The translations under genes and the position numbers were made by a program. Source: a virus. Taken from it: a stretch of DNA of 64,000 nucleotides. The notes beneath the pieces are model-generated. The model did not search any database. It was not told where the DNA came from and saw only the letters and a program-made list of their open reading frames with translations. The stretch lies in the IMG/VR virus record IMGVR_UViG_3300044642_000074, positions 1-64,000 of that record, one strand, 5' to 3'. Shown in pieces: positions 59,601 through 64,000 of the stretch. Each line of letters opens with the position of its first letter. Position 1 is the stretch's first letter.

Positions 59601-62600
59601 CGGTATTTCCTACAACTCAGACAGCAACACCTGGTGCAAGTACTCTGATAAGTACCATACTTTCTGATCAATATCAGCAAAGTATGCCTAGCATGTCTGA
59701 CCCTAGTACCAAGGTTAGCAATGTGTACAGAGAAGCTCTGGATACTTTGAAGAAAAGAGAAGACTTTAAAAAGGTAGCTAAATGGTTTAGTGAGAAACTT
59801 CCACAGATTTCTGTAGAGAAAGTAGCTGAGCTTATTGACGGTATTGCATGGGGGGCATTTAAAAACGGTGCGGTATATATATCTGAGAATGCAGAAGAAG
59901 GTACTGGTTTCCACGAAGCTTTTGAAGCAGTGTGGGGTAGTTATCTTACTGTAGAAGAACAGATGGAGCTTGCAAAAGCGTTCCGTTCTTTAGAAGGAGA
60001 GTTTACTAATCCGTTTACTAAAGAGACCAAACCTTACAGCCAGGCTTCTATGTACGATGTACGTGAGATGTTAGCTGAGGGTATGAGAGATTATATGTTA
60101 GAAAGAAGTACTTACGGAGGTAAGATACTTGCTTTCTTTAAAGAACTATGGAATGCTATTAAAGCACTAGTAGGACTTGGAAACATTAATGAAGCTGAAG
60201 AGCTAATTAATAATGTCTATAAGTCTATTAATCAGGGTAAGTACGTCAATGCTAAACAGGTTCGTGACGTTAGCATGATGGGTACAGCTTACAGTCAGGC
60301 TATCCCAGGTACTACGCAGGAGTTTAGTACACAGTTTACTGAAGGACTTACCGGGTTCTTCTTTATGAATCTGTATGCTAGCCAAAAGAATATTGACAGC
60401 TTACTTGATAAGTATTCAAATACCAACCAGCTTCTGAAACAACTCTTTGTTCAGAGTTTGGAAGACATGAAATCTTACCTGGTTGGACCTATGTCTAACT
60501 TTGCTCAGCGTTATGTTAACGTAGCAAGAAAGCAACTTGGTCGTGACCTTACACAGGATGAGCTGAACTTCTTATATACTCAGTATCTTAACCAGGATAG
60601 AAATGCATACCAGATAGAGCAGGCCTTCGGTCAGCCAAAGTATGTGTATGATAACCTAAAAGCATCTCTGAAGAAGTTTGGTTTGCAGTTTAAAGAATTG
60701 ACAAGCCAGGAAGATGAGGAGTTTATTAATAATAAAGAAGAATCTGTAACTGATGCTTTAGGTATCCGTGATGCTATTTTCATAGACCCCCGCAGACTTA
60801 CTGCAGTAAACTTCAGAATGTTACTTGGGTCTTTGACTTCAGATACCTATGACAGTGCATACAAGTCAGACACTAACCCGATGGGTATTGTGTTTGAAAA
60901 AAATAATCTTGGTCTTCCCAAGCTAATTGACTTTGATAATGTTCATAACATGCTTATCAATGAGCTTAATGGATCTGCTTCCCGTATTGAGGGAGGTAAG
61001 TTCATTGACGCTTTGACCGAGATGATGAACAAGCTTGATAAGAAATATAAAAACATTAACGGTACTTATAAGCCTGGATACGTATGGATCCAGCGTCTGA
61101 AGAACCGTTTGAAATATGCCGGTACTGAAGGAAGTTATTTTACAACTGCTAACATTACTGCAGATGATATAGCCTTGATGATCGGTTTTGAGAAGAGTTT
61201 GCTTAACAAGCAGAACCTTCCTGTAAAGACTATTATTGGAGAGAACGGTTACATCTTTGATACAGATCCTATTCAGACAAACTCTGAAAGCAAGATCCGC
61301 GAAGAGTGGGAAAACAATGTGATGACAAGTACTCAGCCTTTGTCCCGTAAGAGTCAGTCTAGTTTATTGGGTGTGGATGACAAGGGTATGATCGTTATTG
61401 ATCGTAGCAGCTACGCATATGCCGGTAACCCTGCTGATACAAGCAAGCCACACTTGTCTATGTCTAGACCTACGTTTAACCAGATAATAGAAATACTATC
61501 TGAGTTTGGAATTAAGTTTACGGCTAGCAATGAGGAGCTTAAGAAGCATAAGGTTGCTATTAACAGATCTTATAGTGCGATCAGGGAAAAGATCATAGAC
61601 GGTACTATTTCTACCATGCAAGATCTTTATGGTCGCAACGTAGTTAACAAGGCCATCACTGACCTAGTGGAAATCCAGGCAGAGTACAGTGCAGAGGATA
61701 ATGTACTAATGCATTTAACTGCAGAAGGTAAACCTCAGTACTCTATCACACTACCTTCCAACATTACATATGTACTTAACTCATTGAATGATGCTAAGAA
61801 TCTTGCTGACTTTGTAAGCAGCAATCCTCAGTTTGGTTTTGTAGACCAGAGCGGAAATGTTGCACTACATCCTTACCAAAGCAGAAGCTTGTTGTTAAAA
61901 CCAGGTGGGCTGATATTTGATGCAGATGGAAACAAGCGTCTTGATATGGATGTAAAGTACCATCTTATTTCTGGTGTGGCTGCTCAGGACAGTGACGGTA
62001 CAAATACGTCTGACCTGACTTACCCTGACCGTGTAATGCAGGAAATACATTACTTACTTAAGAATATTCACTATACTATTATCAACTCTGATAAGTCTAC
62101 AGAGTTTGCTTTAGGACTGAACAATAGTTTTGTCAGCTTTAGAGAAGCATCTGCCGGCATTGATTCAGCTGACTTTAGTAAGGTAATTAATATTTACATG
62201 GATCAGCTAGAAGATGAAATAGATTCAGCTGTCCGTGAACAGGAGCTTCCTAGTAATATACAATACTATTCTAAAGAAGTTAAGCAGCTTGGTCACTACA
62301 GGGATATCCTGGGGCCCGCGTTAGTAAAAGAGTTTACTGATAAGGTTCTTAAAAAGAAGATGACCAAGCAGGACTTCATGAACAAGCCTGCTGTACAGGC
62401 TGCTATAAAGAACCATATTACTGGTCTTGCTAGTGAGACCTTACAAGGCCTGATTGATCTAGATATTATTAAAGCTACCCAGGTTGGAACAACAACTGCA
62501 GGAAAACCTGTATTTGAATACAGCACCAAGGCTATCAGTCAGGAGCAGTTGTCTTTACTGAAGCTTGATGGTAGCCAGATGAACCAGGCAGATATAGAAT

Positions 62601-64000
62601 CATTGATGACATATCTAGCTGTGAACAAAGAGATTGCGGTGGTAGAACAGCATAAGCTTATCTACGGTCATCCAGTTATGTATAAAGATTTGGCTAAGCG
62701 TGCAAACGGTGCCAACTCTAACAAAGATGCTATTGTAGATAACCACGAGATTGTCAAGTGGATGGATCAGAACATGCCGCGTTTGGATGGCAAGAAGCGT
62801 AGTAGCAATACTACACAGACATTTAAGAATATTTCTTTCAAGGATGTTAATACGGTATCTGAGTTTTATAAAGAGATAGCAGAAAACATGTATGCTTCTA
62901 TGAAGGAAGACATGTCAAAAGATGCTGCAGAAAAACGTATTGGTGTTAAGTTTGACGCCAAGGGTAAGTTCAAAAACTTTATCCTTGATGACAAGAAAGG
63001 ATTTACCGGAGAGATCAAGGCTTATCTTAACCTTAATGAGGCGGACGCTCAGGCGTATATCATGCCTGATCTTTATAGAGACATGTTATACTTGTCTTCT
63101 AAGATCAGTAAGAACCAGCTTCGTCAGTGGGAGTATGAAAGAGCCTACGAGGTGGTAGCAAGAAGCTCAAAGCGTAAGGACCACCCTGCATATAAAAACT
63201 ACTCTAAGATTTATACTAAGGAACAAATGGCTGAGTTTAGGAAGATTGTTGAGGCCGGAAGCCCTGGTATAGTTATGCAGCCACTCAAACCTCAGTACTT
63301 TGGTTATGCTAATAACTCAAGCCTGATGCAGACCGTGTTCCTTAAACACTCGGTACAACCTAAGTTCTACCGTCAGGTAGAGGGCAGTCAGTTTGAAAAA
63401 CTTTATTTGGCTGCACAGAACAATCAGGTAGATATTGTAGGCTTTGAGTCTGGAGAGAAAGTAGGTAACATGCTTAACAGCAAGGGAGAGTTCTTGCCTA
63501 TATATAATACAGCCGGTGAAATTAACATACCGGTTCAGTATGATCAGAACGGAAACACCCAGTCTGTAAACCTTCCTGACGGCATGCCGGTACAGGAATT
63601 GTTTACCCGTTACTATGGTATTCAGCAGGAAGTACCTGCTCTTTCTAAGAGCAAGGTTGTACGCGGTACCCAGGTAACCAAGCTGGTTATGAGTAACTTC
63701 AAGGTAGATGGTAAGTTTACATCTGCTGAAGCAGAAGCTAAGGTTAATGAGTACAATAGTATTCTAAGACAAATGATCCGTTTGGGTAAAGAGGAGTTAT
63801 TAGAAGAGCTGGGTATGCAGAGACTTGGTGATGGAAGCTATATTGTTGCTGACATTAATAAGATGGTAAGCATGCTCAGGGAAGAGTTGGAAAAGAGAGA
63901 TCTTCCAAACAATTTGATTGATGGCTTACAGGCTACACCAGATGGTAGCAGCCTTATGTATAAGTTTGACACGCTGGCTAACCGTAATAAGATTGACAAT
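53615..64000 (+). CDS. giant virion protein (>3,460 aa, 3'-partial) with zincin-like and crAss-type RNA polymerase regions
   Basis: ATG at 53615 (MIENLFEQ...), same frame open at the window end (KFDTLANRNKIDN); TGFHEAFE...EMLAE at ~59912; NEADAQAY, PLKPQYFG, FESGEKVG, GIQQE, GTQVTKL at 63035-63690. Confidence 0.85.
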   Translation, partial: MIENLFEQGLDNVDVPENLEETPGLELGNLDQPESPEQSPLGTPAPVQSTPSVDPPTKKYKSYEAALDAAELGAKKFFPFADTDFLRSKTVSGDRARKYNDMEYGYRYGVDMDDFYGEMESPLTTFAKGAGRFVLGVGTKVGQGAGFLLGLANPQNWDEDIITKASDNGITYLFDQLDEKTKQDWLPTFQEAADRDKGFWNKFFTDGDFWMTDAVDGAAFLVSAWVPGMALSKLGLGTKLAQSLSGLRLGVGGAEAAVEGAAMTQNYLTKANSIFKTGIDKFNAWALATSSEAMFEAAEARRGIIDSLTYDEFGRLKINPVTGTPYSEDEKRKIAGGAAQNSFLLNAALLAGTNALELRWIGSMFGAGERAAVSGITGATNLTDRMVAEQAVGKFSKFLSSGKGAFLSGATQGILAEGFVEENAQLAIQRVNQQYGMQGKVAEFGNLGDFITQFKNQTFNALIGKDPEAATSIGIGGILGTLGGGISSTIQQRKDRTLTEQVINAYNLAQDNWLKFGNIYKTQDVFTVDEQGTTVKTQQVVFDQNGEPVVDQEKLSGALTGYTAVTAALDEASKLQPGFQRDILRDTAFADFVTAHINAGIENTVIDKLNSLQKASPQDLAKLGFTVGENAEQQINRYKNLASAIINQNKLINSDILVDNSQEDKARKNYLLKLAADQAVYKSLVNENQTALTEIQNQLVTSENSSLSDGLVEQLNELAQRIKSQEEILQEMGTSPDTGIRKQVANQVLDELKQNYEQLEKDNTTTIQSLKKDKDGFYEYEKPGRNIPGVYDQYKKKVRLKGELQNQIKLNGLEWSKYADTKNGKQNFLQMFKEDIVDPLTQAAAEAQDAQSQLGKTITLTGTDANGNPKAIDITVGKLYVGKFTKSERYRGKQIVSVFNNDKIKILDISEDGSTVTIKANGEVMEMSAQELADIAIPENWRAFDSLTDDQKLYLTLRNQVIEYRVLERDASGKPIKQANGKYKTRVVKGRVAMNKNRTDLLFTYIDPTTNKKKFVDFDMRYVVNQESLEKLLTPQQFSVKSQEEKVKQKYETQKQFLTNLITETEAKLADADTRRQANVQEFQKLEEDLKGMREMLEEAVSFLEKNPYTRGRKSNAYKSMEELSQQLTDEINKKETQLAALQKEKEDLTNLLEALKSTNELYYQGLIELEETSQPFLADQSGSIFAQEQADLETAQDNQVTRRFNSSELEQMIEQTETEVELIDDRVNYLQGYINQLKKMLDKVLVFKDVADALMEITDREQLRNALKMLEDQSSVLADNTDVTKVGDILLPSAPVENIAPQVTDVIKKEIVKALRKGLARGDKGIEAQYTLELIQRLKDSVQEMDDLIQKRDELAPKLIRLETALQQKQLLTSLQERVNFLKTIQEGLLAQYEIRQQEILTQRQSKTAEVVQNQMMGDKLADEEVSQDSETYNFDVKKPLLAVHGLFTTAGRHFVDDADTELNMENNNALFYKLSAMADLLTDEFYLMPVTAENDTFGIRRPDVYGDDIKLVVVKKVGNEFKFVDANGEVLENPTKETLVYTSMHGNATMFGDNVQAAVDSVKNSFTTKGLTDAEILDHIKRFKAFRDKIKADIEAGRPAYVPVMGKSKGVQVFVEKDASGLPQELPMEGRLISEDTADYTNMTHPDGQGISLVVSTLKDNTAVDVKPGRVIMQKADGTGFRVFNRQLSQEEKDNFINTLKVLTGLLARKNSTTSPLSKQEALDLSDVLTYLNGLVFWTKQDSISQSENKFYINQDNGMLYRGTNAVALTADAIEAAKETLTKDLYHQVNNNLVKLNDPFFQVIVDENMKISKVEYQNYVHYLLGTQDMKGQNRRLGTPVVYTNTPAYSPDDLTPQLKSVFFTYQDPDNPIIPKVTVTQNNIAFPAAQAQPNGQPVVGTAATGFVINPAAFGATAPAASQQQTPAPAVAAQNPFIFNPAGFTAQPQAQPAAQPQPAVPGFVFNPNQPVQPQSTTQAPANPFILNTAEFVAPPQPVFPTTQTATPGASTLISTILSDQYQQSMPSMSDPSTKVSNVYREALDTLKKREDFKKVAKWFSEKLPQISVEKVAELIDGIAWGAFKNGAVYISENAEEGTGFHEAFEAVWGSYLTVEEQMELAKAFRSLEGEFTNPFTKETKPYSQASMYDVREMLAEGMRDYMLERSTYGGKILAFFKELWNAIKALVGLGNINEAEELINNVYKSINQGKYVNAKQVRDVSMMGTAYSQAIPGTTQEFSTQFTEGLTGFFFMNLYASQKNIDSLLDKYSNTNQLLKQLFVQSLEDMKSYLVGPMSNFAQRYVNVARKQLGRDLTQDELNFLYTQYLNQDRNAYQIEQAFGQPKYVYDNLKASLKKFGLQFKELTSQEDEEFINNKEESVTDALGIRDAIFIDPRRLTAVNFRMLLGSLTSDTYDSAYKSDTNPMGIVFEKNNLGLPKLIDFDNVHNMLINELNGSASRIEGGKFIDALTEMMNKLDKKYKNINGTYKPGYVWIQRLKNRLKYAGTEGSYFTTANITADDIALMIGFEKSLLNKQNLPVKTIIGENGYIFDTDPIQTNSESKIREEWENNVMTSTQPLSRKSQSSLLGVDDKGMIVIDRSSYAYAGNPADTSKPHLSMSRPTFNQIIEILSEFGIKFTASNEELKKHKVAINRSYSAIREKIIDGTISTMQDLYGRNVVNKAITDLVEIQAEYSAEDNVLMHLTAEGKPQYSITLPSNITYVLNSLNDAKNLADFVSSNPQFGFVDQSGNVALHPYQSRSLLLKPGGLIFDADGNKRLDMDVKYHLISGVAAQDSDGTNTSDLTYPDRVMQEIHYLLKNIHYTIINSDKSTEFALGLNNSFVSFREASAGIDSADFSKVINIYMDQLEDEIDSAVREQELPSNIQYYSKEVKQLGHYRDILGPALVKEFTDKVLKKKMTKQDFMNKPAVQAAIKNHITGLASETLQGLIDLDIIKATQVGTTTAGKPVFEYSTKAISQEQLSLLKLDGSQMNQADIESLMTYLAVNKEIAVVEQHKLIYGHPVMYKDLAKRANGANSNKDAIVDNHEIVKWMDQNMPRLDGKKRSSNTTQTFKNISFKDVNTVSEFYKEIAENMYASMKEDMSKDAAEKRIGVKFDAKGKFKNFILDDKKGFTGEIKAYLNLNEADAQAYIMPDLYRDMLYLSSKISKNQLRQWEYERAYEVVARSSKRKDHPAYKNYSKIYTKEQMAEFRKIVEAGSPGIVMQPLKPQYFGYANNSSLMQTVFLKHSVQPKFYRQVEGSQFEKLYLAAQNNQVDIVGFESGEKVGNMLNSKGEFLPIYNTAGEINIPVQYDQNGNTQSVNLPDGMPVQELFTRYYGIQQEVPALSKSKVVRGTQVTKLVMSNFKVDGKFTSAEAEAKVNEYNSILRQMIRLGKEELLEELGMQRLGDGSYIVADINKMVSMLREELEKRDLPNNLIDGLQATPDGSSLMYKFDTLANRNKIDN

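Noticed and set aside
482-63158. Numerous short minus-strand and alternate-frame ORFs in the track
   Set aside because: All are nested in long + strand genes and look like codon-bias shadows
605-64000. Stop-codon reassignment as seen in some Crassvirales
   Set aside because: Genes are long and uninterrupted in the standard code; no suppressor tRNA in the window

Overview
The window is the virion-morphogenesis and ejected-cargo half of a crAss-like (Crassvirales-related) dsDNA phage, probably infecting Bacteroidota. All credible genes are on the + strand and use the standard code. Order: 3' end of an upstream gene; two tRNA genes (an aberrant tRNA-Asp-like gene with an 88-nt structured variable arm, and an initiator-type tRNA-Met); terminase, portal, putative scaffold, major capsid protein and conserved capsid/neck genes; a ~19 kb block of tail-fibre and Cys-rich FN3/Ig-like genes; a metallophosphoesterase; IHF-like, ring and muzzle tail genes; three modular cargo proteins punctuated by recurring x-x-x-G-G motifs (carrying an ADP-ribosyltransferase, a zincin and small basic modules); and a >3,460-aa ORF missing from the ORF track that runs off the window and has zincin-like and crAss virion RNA polymerase-like regions. 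The most notable observations are the giant-arm tRNA-Asp, the GG-delimited cargo polyproteins, an apparent plug-and-socket domain chain across consecutive tail-fibre genes, and a conserved phage promoter-like motif. Family assignments come from motif recognition and gene order only; no database searches were run.
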